Assembly: GCA_030636765.1 (NCBI GenBank) | Contig: DAOVWI010000002.1 | Span: 1-45,417 of the forward strand | Length of the DNA stretch: 45,417 nucleotides | Reading direction: 5' to 3' | Source of the DNA: Gemmatimonadales bacterium | GTDB taxonomy: Bacteria; Gemmatimonadota; Gemmatimonadetes; Palauibacterales; Palauibacteraceae | Shown: positions 1-8,714 of the stretch, one piece after another | How the letters are laid out: every line of letters starts with the position of its first letter | Numbering within the stretch: position 1 is the first letter of the stretch | Translations under genes and position numbers: made by a program | Notes under the pieces: generated by a model | Database searches by the model: none | The model's input: the letters and a program-made list of their open reading frames with translations, nothing else | What the model was told of the DNA's origin: nothing

Positions 1-59
1 GGCGTGACAGCCGGCTTGGCACGCCGCGGCCGTTACGGCCTACGTGCGCATGAGCCCTC

Positions 60-1682
60 CTAGCTCGCTACACCCTGGCCGCGGAGAAAATCGATCAGCC
101 GCCCCGTGGCCCAGCGGCGTACAGCGGGCCTCCACAGAAATCCGAGCAGGGAGCCCAGCGGTCCGGCATCGATCGCGGCGATCTGGCGGCCGATTCTCGC
201 CTCGATGAGCTGCTCGAGCGCATGTCGCTGCGCGGGAGAGAGGGCGTCGTAGGAGGCGTCGAGATCGGGCACCTGATAGGCGGCCTCCTCATCCGGCTCG
301 TAGCTGACGACGTCGTCGAGCGTGCTCTCGATGACGCGGCGCGCATCGCGCCGCCCGGCACGGAAGTCGGCCTCCCTCCACTCGCGCGAGAACAGTCCCC
401 CGAAGTTGCCCAGGAAGTCGCCCGCCAGTCCCCCGGTAGGTGCTACCAGATAGAGGGGCATCGGCTCCTTGTCGTCGAGCCCGCCTGCCGCCTCGATGAG
501 GAAGATGAGCTTCGCCAGCCGGCTCCGGGCCGCACGCGTCTCCACCCTGGCCAGCACCTCCGGGTAGCGGGCCTCGATGCGGCCAATGTGCTCCTCCAGG
601 AGCTCGAGAACCGGGTCGGCACCGTCACTCCCGTCCGGGACGCGGTGATCGCACACCCGCTCGGCGAGCTCACCGACCAGGCGGCCGAGCTCCAACGCCT
701 CCGGGTCGGTTAGCGACTCGGCGATCTCCGGGAGACGATCCACCAGCGAGTGTAGGATCTCCAGCCGCTCGTTGGTGCGGTTCGCGCGGATCCAGTCCTT
801 GGAGCCACCCTGCCCGAGGAACGCACCGGCCAGGAGGCCCGCGACCTGGACCGCGGAGCTTGGCTCCGCGGGCGGTGGCTTTCCCGCCACCGCCGTCTCC
901 CGCAGGAACGGGTCAACCAACACGTAGCGCCAGTCGCCGCCGGAGTGCGGCGAGCGGTCCGCCAGACGTTTCGCCAGTCCGACCGGCTCGTTGTCGAACA
1001 GCCCGCCGTCCGTGTACCACATGTCGATCTCGGTCGACCCGGGTGGCAGAACGGCTCCCGGGAAGTCGCTCGCATCTCGCCGCAGGAGACGCGGCGGGAA
1101 GGCGAACGGAAAGCTTGCCGACGCTACCGCCGCCCGACGGATCTCCTCCCACACGGGTGCTCGGGCGCCGTCATCCCTGCTCAGCCCGAATCCGATCCAG
1201 TCGTCGAAGAGGCGCGTGCCGAACGATCGCTCGGGCGAGTTTCGGAAGCCGTAGCTCAGCTCGTACCGGACGCCGTGCAGGTTCGAGAGCGTGATGCCGA
1301 GCTGCAGCGAGTCGCCGAGGAGCGGTGAGGACCTGTCGTCCGAGGCTGGATCGGCGGTGATCAGAGCCCGGCTCATCTCTTCCAGAGCGGCGGCGTCGAG
1401 GATCGAGGAGCGCTTGACCGCGCGCGGCTTCAGGAGGATCGAAGCGTCCATGCCGTCGATCCATGCCCTCTCGATCCAGGGAAGGAGGTTCGGATTCACG
1501 ATGAGGGCACGGGCCGCCAGTGCCGCCGTGAGGGCGCCGGATGACGAGCCCGTGATGACGCCCACGCGCACGTTCGAGCCATGGCGGTTGCCCTCGAAGG
1601 CGCGGAGCAGCTCCGTCACGGCCCCCCCGGTATAGGCGCCGAGCGAGGCGCCGCCGCCCAGAATGAGTGCGATGTTCGGCAT
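60..1682 (-). CDS. patatin-like phospholipase with a roughly 250-aa C-terminal extension of unknown function
   Basis: 540-aa ORF. It has the glycine-rich GGGASLGAY motif, a GSSSG (GxSxG) nucleophile elbow and DGGLFDNEP (catalytic Asp, DGG motif). The ATG is at 1680-1682. It starts 9 nt after the stop of the upstream M23 gene on the same strand. Confidence 0.85.
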   Translation of the reverse strand: MPNIALILGGGASLGAYTGGAVTELLRAFEGNRHGSNVRVGVITGSSSGALTAALAARALIVNPNLLPWIERAWIDGMDASILLKPRAVKRSSILDAAALEEMSRALITADPASDDRSSPLLGDSLQLGITLSNLHGVRYELSYGFRNSPERSFGTRLFDDWIGFGLSRDDGARAPVWEEIRRAAVASASFPFAFPPRLLRRDASDFPGAVLPPGSTEIDMWYTDGGLFDNEPVGLAKRLADRSPHSGGDWRYVLVDPFLRETAVAGKPPPAEPSSAVQVAGLLAGAFLGQGGSKDWIRANRTNERLEILHSLVDRLPEIAESLTDPEALELGRLVGELAERVCDHRVPDGSDGADPVLELLEEHIGRIEARYPEVLARVETRAARSRLAKLIFLIEAAGGLDDKEPMPLYLVAPTGGLAGDFLGNFGGLFSREWREADFRAGRRDARRVIESTLDDVVSYEPDEEAAYQVPDLDASYDALSPAQRHALEQLIEARIGRQIAAIDAGPLGSLLGFLWRPAVRRWATGRLIDFLRGQGVAS

Positions 1683-1691
1683 CGTGTGAAC

Positions 1692-2687
1692 CTACGGTGT
1701 CGGATTGGAGTCGAGAAAGGCGTCCGCCTCCGGCACCCGGAAATCGAGGGCGCTGCCGGCATCCAGTCTCTCGCCGTCGACGAAGAAGCTCCAATGAAGG
1801 TGCGGTCCGGTGACACGGCCCGTGGCGCCCACCTTTCCGATGACCTGGCCCCGCTCCACGATCTGGCCTTCGGTCACGTCTATCTCGGAAAGGTGATAGT
1901 AGCCGGTGAAGACGCCGAAACCGTGGCTCACGTAGATGGCGTTGCCCGCGTAGTACAGCTCACGAGCAATCATGACCCGCCCACGCCCCGCTACGCGCAC
2001 CGGCGTGCCGACGTCTCCCGCCAGGTCCACGCCCCAGTGGCGGCTCTGCAGATCCTCGTTGAACAGCCGCTTCTGGCCGAACGGGCTCGTGATCCTGGTG
2101 TTCCTCGGCCTTACGAAATTGCCGTCGATCAGCCATTCGGGTGTTACCTGGCGCAGGGTCGAGCGGACGAGGTCCCGCTCTCGTTCGATTCGCCGCAGCA
2201 CTTCGGGAGGCGGATTGGAGAACCGAGGGGCCACGCTCAGCTCCGTGGTCGAGTAGGTTCGGGGTCTCACCGGCACCGTCCAGCTCTGCACGAACGGTTC
2301 GGCGCCTCCGGCGTGGGCGGAGACAACGAGCTCGACATCCCCCGGGCGGTCGGCCGGGAGCGGCGCGAGGCCGAACCACCCGTCTCCCAGCCGTCCGAGG
2401 CGCAGAGGGCGACCGTCCAGTTCGGCGCTGACCTCGACCCCGTCCGCTCCCGACGCCGCGGCGCGCACGAATACGGCGAGCGCCGTCCCGTCGCTCGGGC
2501 TCGACGGCCCCCATCTCACATCGAGGCCGACGTCGGCCGTGTTGGGAGGCGTCGTCAGCGTATCGACCTGCGCGAGCGTGGAGGCGGCGGCCGGCGGCAT
2601 GCCCCCCGGTGCGCCGGCCATTCCGCTGCCGGCGAGCACCGCGGCCAGCAGGCCTATGACGCGCGTTCCGCGGATCGTGCGTCTCAT
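1692..2687 (-). CDS. M23 family metallopeptidase (secreted)
   Basis: Contains HWGVDLAG (HxxxD) and GPHLHWSF (HxH), the M23/LytM zinc motifs. Starting at the ATG at 2687 gives the signal-like N-terminus MRRTIRGTRVIGLLAAVLAGSGMAGA. The track start at 2705 is a TTG that overlaps the upstream gene. Confidence 0.85.
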   Translation of the reverse strand: MRRTIRGTRVIGLLAAVLAGSGMAGAPGGMPPAAASTLAQVDTLTTPPNTADVGLDVRWGPSSPSDGTALAVFVRAAASGADGVEVSAELDGRPLRLGRLGDGWFGLAPLPADRPGDVELVVSAHAGGAEPFVQSWTVPVRPRTYSTTELSVAPRFSNPPPEVLRRIERERDLVRSTLRQVTPEWLIDGNFVRPRNTRITSPFGQKRLFNEDLQSRHWGVDLAGDVGTPVRVAGRGRVMIARELYYAGNAIYVSHGFGVFTGYYHLSEIDVTEGQIVERGQVIGKVGATGRVTGPHLHWSFFVDGERLDAGSALDFRVPEADAFLDSNPTP

Positions 2688-2691
2688 GCGC

Positions 2692-4239
2692 TCATGCGCC
2701 ACCAAGCCGACGTGTCGCCCGGAAGTAACGATCCAGCCAACGCCGGGAGCGGTCGGTGAGCTTGCTCCGGTAGTACATGTCGGCGGCTCTCCGTATTCCC
2801 TCGCTCATGGTCGGGTATGGGTGAACAAGCTTCGACAGATCGGCGATACGCAGCCGGTGACGAATGGCGATGGCCACCTCCACGATCATCGTGCCGGCCG
2901 ACGGAGCCAGCACGTGGCCGCCAAGCAGGCGCCCTCGCCGGTCCGTGATCAGCTTTACCATTCCACCGGTCTCCCGATCCGTGATGACCCTATCCAGGTC
3001 GGACGTGTCGTAGCGGTAGACCCTCACGGCGTCGCCGTGGCGCTCCCGTGCCTCGGCCTCGGTCAGCCCGACCCTGGCGAGCGGAGGGTCCGAGAACACC
3101 GCCCACGGTACGACCGAGTAGTCCACTCTCGCAGCCAGCGGGAAGAGCGCGTTGCGCACGACGGCGCGGGCCTCGTGGTCCGCCACGTGCGTGAAGCGAA
3201 GGCCGCCCGTGACGTCGCCGGCCGCATAGATATGCCGACGCGAGGTCCGAAGCGTGCCGTCGACGGCGATCCCGTCTCTGCCCACGTCGACGCCGGCTGC
3301 CTCCAGCCCCAGTCCCTCGACGTTGGCGAGCCTGCCGGCGGCGACGAAGATCCGCTCGGCCCGCACGGTCGCCGTCGCCGCGGCCTCGGTCGGGTCCGCG
3401 GAGACGTCCGACGCGGCGGCATTCATGGACTTCAGATGCAAGACCGATTCGCCATTCGACCGCTCGGCCGATATCGCCGCGTGGCCCACATGGATCCGGA
3501 TCCCTTCGCGCCGCAGAAGGCTCTCCAGTTGAGCCGCCACCTCCGCGTCCTCGTTCGGCAGGATGCGACCGGCTAGCTCGACCAGGGTCACCTCGACGCC
3601 GAGCCTGCAGTACGCCTGGGCGAACTCCACCCCGATCGGTCCAGCCCCGAGAACCACCACGGACCGGGGCAGCGAGTCGTCCTCGAACGCGGTTTCGTGC
3701 GTGTAGCAGCCGGCCTCCGCGAGGCCTTCGACCGGCGGAATGGCGGGACGGCTGCCCGTCGCGATCAGGATTCGCCGGCCCTCCAGGACGCGATCGCCTG
3801 CCTCGACGCGGACCGGTGATACGAGCCGCGCAGCCGTGCCCTCGAGGACCTCGACGCCTAGCTCGCGAAAGCGTGACGGGTCGTCGTGAGGCTGCACGCG
3901 CGCCCGCGTCTCGCGCACGCTGGCCAGCACGGCGGAGCCGAACGGACCCGTGCCGGGGGCCCGGCCCGGCAGCTCGGAGGCCGGAGCACCGGCTACCGAG
4001 GACGAAAGCCCGAATTCCGCCGTTCGCCTCAGCGCGTCGGCGATGCGCGCCGAGCCGATGAGCGCCTTGCTCGGGACGCAGCCGCTCCACAGGCATTCCC
4101 CACCGAGCCGTTGCCTCTCGATGAGGACGCTTCGGGCACCCAGGCTTGCCGCGCCGGCCGCTGCGACCAGACCGGCCGTGCCGCCGCCGATCACGATCAG
4201 GTCGAAGAGGTCCCCCGCGCGCTTGGCGTGCATCACCAT
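2692..4239 (-). CDS. FAD-dependent pyridine nucleotide-disulfide oxidoreductase (dihydrolipoyl dehydrogenase / mercuric reductase-like class I)
   Basis: Has the IVIGGGTAGLVAAAGAASLG FAD fold, the redox-active GGECLWSGCVPSK (CxxxxC), a second Rossmann motif VVLGAGPIGVEFA and the C-terminal HPYPTMSE dimerisation motif. I place the start at the ATG at 4237-4239 (MVMHAKR). The 223 upstream codons of the 738-aa track ORF are Arg/Gly/Pro-rich and run into the neighbouring gene. Confidence 0.85.
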   Translation of the reverse strand: MVMHAKRAGDLFDLIVIGGGTAGLVAAAGAASLGARSVLIERQRLGGECLWSGCVPSKALIGSARIADALRRTAEFGLSSSVAGAPASELPGRAPGTGPFGSAVLASVRETRARVQPHDDPSRFRELGVEVLEGTAARLVSPVRVEAGDRVLEGRRILIATGSRPAIPPVEGLAEAGCYTHETAFEDDSLPRSVVVLGAGPIGVEFAQAYCRLGVEVTLVELAGRILPNEDAEVAAQLESLLRREGIRIHVGHAAISAERSNGESVLHLKSMNAAASDVSADPTEAAATATVRAERIFVAAGRLANVEGLGLEAAGVDVGRDGIAVDGTLRTSRRHIYAAGDVTGGLRFTHVADHEARAVVRNALFPLAARVDYSVVPWAVFSDPPLARVGLTEAEARERHGDAVRVYRYDTSDLDRVITDRETGGMVKLITDRRGRLLGGHVLAPSAGTMIVEVAIAIRHRLRIADLSKLVHPYPTMSEGIRRAADMYYRSKLTDRSRRWLDRYFRATRRLGGA

Positions 4240-4298
4240 CGTCTCCGTGAGTGTCCCGTGGGGCGCCGAGCCTCTCGGCGCGCGTGCGCGAGAGTAGG

Positions 4299-5819
4299 CT
4301 AAAGCTCCAGGAAGCACCACTCCCTGGAGACGGGGGCGGTTCCCATCTGCAGCCCTTTCTCCGAAGCCACCAGGATGTTGTTCGAGTGGTTGAACCCGAA
4401 GCCGTGCTCCGGATCGTAGAGGCCCGGCTCGTTCGAGAAGTGCATTCCCTCTCGCATCACGGTGTAGTCCCCCAAGGCGTGATACGGGGGCTGGTGGCCC
4501 TCCATCCCCTCGCCATGGCCGGGCCGGTGGTAGATGAGGTGGGCCATCCCGTTCTCCACCTGGTAGTCGTGCACCGCCTTGGCCACGTTGGAGCAGGTGT
4601 TCCCCGCGTACGATTCCTCGGCTTGGATCTCGTAGCTGCGGGTGTGGACGTCCCACACCCGCTGCTGTCGATCGCCCCCCGGGGCGATCAGGAAGGCCCG
4701 GTACTGCTCTCCTCCGTAGCCTCCGATCCGTACGATACCCGCGATCTGGAGCGCGTCGCCCCGCTGCACCTTCCTCCAGAACATCTGATTGGGGTGCGGA
4801 TACGCCGTCGTGCGGCCCGTCCGACAACCGACGCCGACCGAGATCCCGACGGCGTTGTGCGGCTCCCCAGCCTGCGGGATGTCGTCCATGATCCGGCTCA
4901 CGCCCCAAACGGTGGCCGCGTTCGCCACCTCCCAGTCAACCGCCTGGAGGCCCCGCTCCAGGAGGTAGTTACGGGCGAAAGCGTGAATCTCCGACCAGTA
5001 GTCCTCGGCCAGCTGCGTAAGCCGGGTCTCCATCTCGTCCTTGACGATCCGGTGGAGAACCAGGATGTCGTTGATCTCCTGGAATTCGGCGCCCGGCATC
5101 ATCGCGGCCATGGAGCCGATCGCACCAGCTTCGGGACGCTTCTTCTCCGGCGGAACGATCGGTCCCCACATGTCCAGCCGCTTGACGTCCTCCTGGCCCG
5201 GCATGATCCCGATCTCCGCCTGTCCGCCGCTATCGATCCCGATCGTCCCTTTCCCGTAGCCCAATCGACGGAGCGTCTCTCCCCACCAGCGGTGGATGTT
5301 CACGGTGTCGCCCTGCACCACCTCGCCCCGGTTCGGGAAGCCGCCGCTCGCGTGCTGCCAGTCGAAGTAGGACTCCGAATCGGTGTTCCACCAGTCATTC
5401 ACCAGCTGCTGATCCAGGTGGGGGTTGAGCCAGATGATCGCGTCGTCATCGTCCATCGGCAGGAAGCAGGCGAACGGCCGCTCGGTCGTGGAGTGGAAGA
5501 GGCCGGTGGCATAGATGATGTTCCAGCGTCGCGTAAGGAGAATGCCGCTGTCCACCCCGCGCTCCCCGGCGGCCCGCTTCAACTGGCGGGCCTTCTCCTT
5601 GTACCACTCCATCGGCAACCGGTGGAAATCCGCCGGCTGCGGAAGCTCGTGCTTGCGGCGCGCCTGTTCTCGGCGGAGCAGCTCAAAGCTGTCCGTGCCG
5701 CGCTCGGCGCGCGCCATGGCGCGCTCGTCCGGCCACACCGAGTGCGGGCCTACGATGGCGGCTCCCAGGAACCCCGTGCCTGTCGCGGAAACGAAATCGC
5801 GGCGGCTCCACCGTCCCAT
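4299..5819 (-). CDS. M24-fold (Xaa-Pro peptidase / creatinase-like) protein with a twin-arginine signal
   Basis: The N-terminus MGRWSRRDFVSATGTGFLGAAIVG is a Tat-type SRRDFV motif. The pita-bread core contains GDALQIAGIVRIGGYGGEQYRAF, HRPGHGEGMEGHQ, NEPGLY and GFNHSNNILV. Two of the five canonical metal ligands look substituted (see findings). Confidence 0.8.
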   Translation of the reverse strand: MGRWSRRDFVSATGTGFLGAAIVGPHSVWPDERAMARAERGTDSFELLRREQARRKHELPQPADFHRLPMEWYKEKARQLKRAAGERGVDSGILLTRRWNIIYATGLFHSTTERPFACFLPMDDDDAIIWLNPHLDQQLVNDWWNTDSESYFDWQHASGGFPNRGEVVQGDTVNIHRWWGETLRRLGYGKGTIGIDSGGQAEIGIMPGQEDVKRLDMWGPIVPPEKKRPEAGAIGSMAAMMPGAEFQEINDILVLHRIVKDEMETRLTQLAEDYWSEIHAFARNYLLERGLQAVDWEVANAATVWGVSRIMDDIPQAGEPHNAVGISVGVGCRTGRTTAYPHPNQMFWRKVQRGDALQIAGIVRIGGYGGEQYRAFLIAPGGDRQQRVWDVHTRSYEIQAEESYAGNTCSNVAKAVHDYQVENGMAHLIYHRPGHGEGMEGHQPPYHALGDYTVMREGMHFSNEPGLYDPEHGFGFNHSNNILVASEKGLQMGTAPVSREWCFLEL

Positions 5820-5842
5820 GCTGTCCTCCTTTCGAGGGGTGT

Positions 5843-7297
5843 TTACCAGGCTGACACTTCGACCGTCGTACTCTCAGGACCGGGCGCGTGTCCCTTCAGC
5901 GCGGCGCGTGCGGCGTGATAACCGCACATGCCGTGGACCCCGCCGCCGGGCGGCGTCGAAGCCGAGCAGAGATACACCCCGGAGATGGGCGTCGAGTACG
6001 GCACGCGCTGCAGGAACGGCCTGCCGATCACCTGACGGAGGATGTTGGCCCCGCCGGTGATGTCCCCGCCCACGTAGTTGGGATTGCGGGCCTCCAAGTC
6101 ACCCGGCCCGAGCGCGCTCCGCGCCAGGATACACTCGCGAAACCCGGGAGCGAAGCGCTCGATCTGGCCCTCGATCCTCTTGGTCATGTCATCGGGACAT
6201 CCGTTCGGAACATGGCAGTAGGCCCACGCCGTGTGGCGGCCCCGCGGGGCACGCGTCGGGTCGAAGAGACTCTGCTGAGCCAGCAGGACGAACGGCCGCT
6301 CCGGTGGCTTGCCCTCCCACACCTCGCGTTCGGCCGCCGCGATCTCCTCGAAGGTGCCTCCGACGTGGACCGTGCCGGCGAGGCCGCACTCGCGCGCTCG
6401 CCACGGTATCGGCTCGCCGAGCGCCCAGTCCATCTTGAAGACGCCCGGCCCGTATCGGTAACGCGACAGGCGTCTTCGGTACCGCGGCGGGAGCTGGTCG
6501 CCGGCGATCTCGAGCAGCTGGCGCGGCGTGGTCGAGAGGAGTGCGGTCGCCCCGGCGGGCAGGTCTGCCAGGCTGCGAACCGGCCGCAACGTCGTGATCT
6601 CCCCGCCCAGGTCTCGGAGAACATCGGCGAGCGCGTCGGCCAGCCTGCCCGATCCTCCTCTCGGGAAGGGCCAGCCCGTGAGGTGTCCCAGGATGGCGAG
6701 CACCAGGCCGAACCCCGCGCTCGGGCGCATCTCCAACGGAATAACAGCATGCGCGGCGAGTCCGGCGAAGAGCGCCCGCGCCCGGTCACCCTGGAAACGC
6801 CGGTCCACGAGGCTGCGGGCCGAGCCGGCCGCCTGCCGGGCGAAACGGGCGAACGCCAGCGGGTGCCGGGGCGCTCCGGGCGGACCGAGAAAGTCGGTCT
6901 CCACGCTTTCCCAGCCCTCCACGAGCGGGCGGAGAAGCCGTCCATACGCGTCTCCATCCGGACCGAGGTCCGCGGCGGTGTCGTCCACGGAGCGGCGCAG
7001 AATCACGGCGGTTCCACCGTCGAGCGGATGCGCCAGGGGTGATGGCGGGTGCACCCACGAAAGCCCCCGATCGTCGAGACGGAGCGATCGGAAGAAGGGC
7101 GACGCGACGCCGAGGGGGTGGATCGCCGAGCACACGTCGTGGCGGTAGCCTGGCAGCGTGAGCTCGGCCGTGCGCATGCCGCCGCCGATCGTGTCGCTCG
7201 CCTCCAGCACCGCCACCGAGCGCCCGGCCTGGGCTAGCACGATGGCCGCGGCCAGGCCGTTCGGGCCGGAGCCGACGACCACGGTGTCGGAGTCCAT
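5843..7297 (-). CDS. phytoene-desaturase-family NAD(P)/FAD-dependent oxidoreductase
   Basis: Dinucleotide fold VVVGSGPNGLAAAIVLAQAGRSVAVLEASDTIGGG directly after the ATG at 7297 (MDSDTVVV). The length and C-terminal PPGGGVHGMCGY region are typical of CrtI-like amine-oxidase-fold enzymes. The 50 upstream codons of the track ORF cover an intergenic tandem repeat and were rejected. Confidence 0.8.
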   Translation of the reverse strand: MDSDTVVVGSGPNGLAAAIVLAQAGRSVAVLEASDTIGGGMRTAELTLPGYRHDVCSAIHPLGVASPFFRSLRLDDRGLSWVHPPSPLAHPLDGGTAVILRRSVDDTAADLGPDGDAYGRLLRPLVEGWESVETDFLGPPGAPRHPLAFARFARQAAGSARSLVDRRFQGDRARALFAGLAAHAVIPLEMRPSAGFGLVLAILGHLTGWPFPRGGSGRLADALADVLRDLGGEITTLRPVRSLADLPAGATALLSTTPRQLLEIAGDQLPPRYRRRLSRYRYGPGVFKMDWALGEPIPWRARECGLAGTVHVGGTFEEIAAAEREVWEGKPPERPFVLLAQQSLFDPTRAPRGRHTAWAYCHVPNGCPDDMTKRIEGQIERFAPGFRECILARSALGPGDLEARNPNYVGGDITGGANILRQVIGRPFLQRVPYSTPISGVYLCSASTPPGGGVHGMCGYHAARAALKGHAPGPESTTVEVSAW

Positions 7298-7373
7298 GTG
7301 GTCCAACGAGTTCTCTCCTGTATCGACGACGACTCCGGAGCTGCGGCCGGAAGCCGTTCTCGGGAGGCACCTT

Positions 7374-7438
7374 CCGGCCGGTGAGCCGCCGGTTTTGCTT
7401 CCACGTTCCCCCGGCCGTGAGCCGCCGGTTTTGCTTGC
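7374..7438. repeat. intergenic tandem direct repeat (two copies, about 36-37 nt period)
   Basis: CCGGCCGGTGAGCCGCCGGTTTTGCTTCC at 7374-7402 is repeated as CCGGCCGTGAGCCGCCGGTTTTGCTTGC at 7411-7438. The 20-nt core GTGAGCCGCCGGTTTTGCTT is identical at 7381-7400 and 7417-7436. It lies between divergent starts at 7297 (-) and 7500 (+). Confidence 0.9.
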
Positions 7439-7499
7439 AGGCGCCACAGGCCGCGGGTAGCTTGCCGTGCTCTGCTAGCCAAAGGAAAGGTCACACGTA

Positions 7500-8681
7500 A
7501 TGCACGTTTTCGCCAAGTGCGAGAACTTTACCACCTCCCGCGAGCTCCGCGCGATCGGCCTGTATCCGTACTTCCAGCCTATCGAGGAATCGTGTGACAC
7601 CACCGTCGTCATCCGGGGCGAGCGCAAGATCATGGTGGGATCGAACAACTACATGGGCCTGACCCACGATCCGCGCATCCTCGAGGCGGCGAAGGCCTCT
7701 CTGGACCGATATGGAAGCGGCAACACCGGAAGCCGTTTCCTGAACGGCAACCTCGATATTCACGACCGGCTGGAGGAGGAGCTCGCCCGGTTCGTCGGCA
7801 AGGAGGCCGGGCTCGTCTTCAGCACCGGCTACCTGACGAACCTCGGCACGCTGAGCGCCCTGTGCGGCCGAAACGACACGATCTACGTTGACAAGTTCGA
7901 CCACGCGTGCATACAGGACGGCGCTCGGCTCGGATTCGGCCGCGTGCAGCGCTTCGCCCACGGCGACTACGACAAGCTGCGGCGAATGCTTGCCTCCGAG
8001 AAGGAGGAGCGGGGCAAGCTGGTAACCGTGGACGGGGTGTACAGCATGGAGGGCGATCTCGCGGATCTTCCCACCCTGGTCGAGTTTCGGAGGGAGTTCG
8101 CCGCCGGCCTCGTGGTGGACGACGCGCATTCGCTCGGCGTCGTCGGGCCGCACGGCGACGGTACCGCCGCCCACTTCGGCCTCACTGATGAGGTGGACCT
8201 GATCACGGGGACCTTCTCGAAATCCTTCGCCTCCATCGGCGGATTCGTGGCGGGCACCGAAACGATCATCGAGTACCTCCGGAACAACGCTCGGGCGCTG
8301 ATCTTCAGCGCGAGCATGCCGCCGTCGGCCGTGGCCACGGTGCTGAAGGCCCTCGAGATTATCCGTGAGGAGCCCGAGAGACGCGAGCAGTTGTGGTCGA
8401 ACACGCGGAAGATGATGGACGGTTTCCGCTCGATCGGTTTCGACATCGGGCCGACCGAGACGCCGATCGTGCCGATACTCGTAGGACCGATGGAGAAAAC
8501 CTTCCGCTTCTGGAGAGAGCTTTTCGACGCCGGAGTCTTCACGAATCCCGTCGTACCGCCCGCTGTGCCCGAGGGCAGCTGCCGGCTGCGAACCAGCTAC
8601 ATGGCCACCCACACCGAGGAGCAGCTCGACTTCGTTCTCGAGTGCGTCGAGAGGATCGGAAAGAAGCTGCAAGTAGTGTGA
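7500..8681 (+). CDS. alpha-oxoamine synthase, serine palmitoyltransferase-like (PLP-dependent acyl-CoA/ACP:amino acid C-acyltransferase)
   Basis: 393 aa. Contains GSNNYMGLTHDP, YGSGNTGSRFLNGN, FSTGYLTNLG and the PLP-lysine motif GTFSKSFASIGGF. From memory this matches SPT-type GTFSKS rather than the BioF or KBL variants. Confidence 0.85.
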   Translation: MHVFAKCENFTTSRELRAIGLYPYFQPIEESCDTTVVIRGERKIMVGSNNYMGLTHDPRILEAAKASLDRYGSGNTGSRFLNGNLDIHDRLEEELARFVGKEAGLVFSTGYLTNLGTLSALCGRNDTIYVDKFDHACIQDGARLGFGRVQRFAHGDYDKLRRMLASEKEERGKLVTVDGVYSMEGDLADLPTLVEFRREFAAGLVVDDAHSLGVVGPHGDGTAAHFGLTDEVDLITGTFSKSFASIGGFVAGTETIIEYLRNNARALIFSASMPPSAVATVLKALEIIREEPERREQLWSNTRKMMDGFRSIGFDIGPTETPIVPILVGPMEKTFRFWRELFDAGVFTNPVVPPAVPEGSCRLRTSYMATHTEEQLDFVLECVERIGKKLQVV

Positions 8682-8714
8682 GGGCTCGGGCCGCCGGGTG
8701 AGTCGCCGAAGATC

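Noticed and set aside
60-1682. The patatin as a CBASS-type or other anti-phage defence effector
   Set aside because: There is no CD-NTase/cyclase, SAVED, TIR, E1/E2/JAB or other defence partner nearby. Its neighbours are peptidases and a flavoprotein in an ordinary-looking operon.
4240-4908. N-terminal 223-codon extension of the PNDR ORF (track start 4908)
   Set aside because: The extension overlaps the 3' part of the M24 gene and is low-complexity. The FAD-binding fold begins immediately after the internal ATG at 4239.
4251-5918. 555-aa plus-strand ORF antisense to the M24 gene
   Set aside because: It has a low-complexity Arg/Pro/Val/Leu-rich translation, no motifs and no plausible start context. 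The opposite strand encodes a clear M24 fold.
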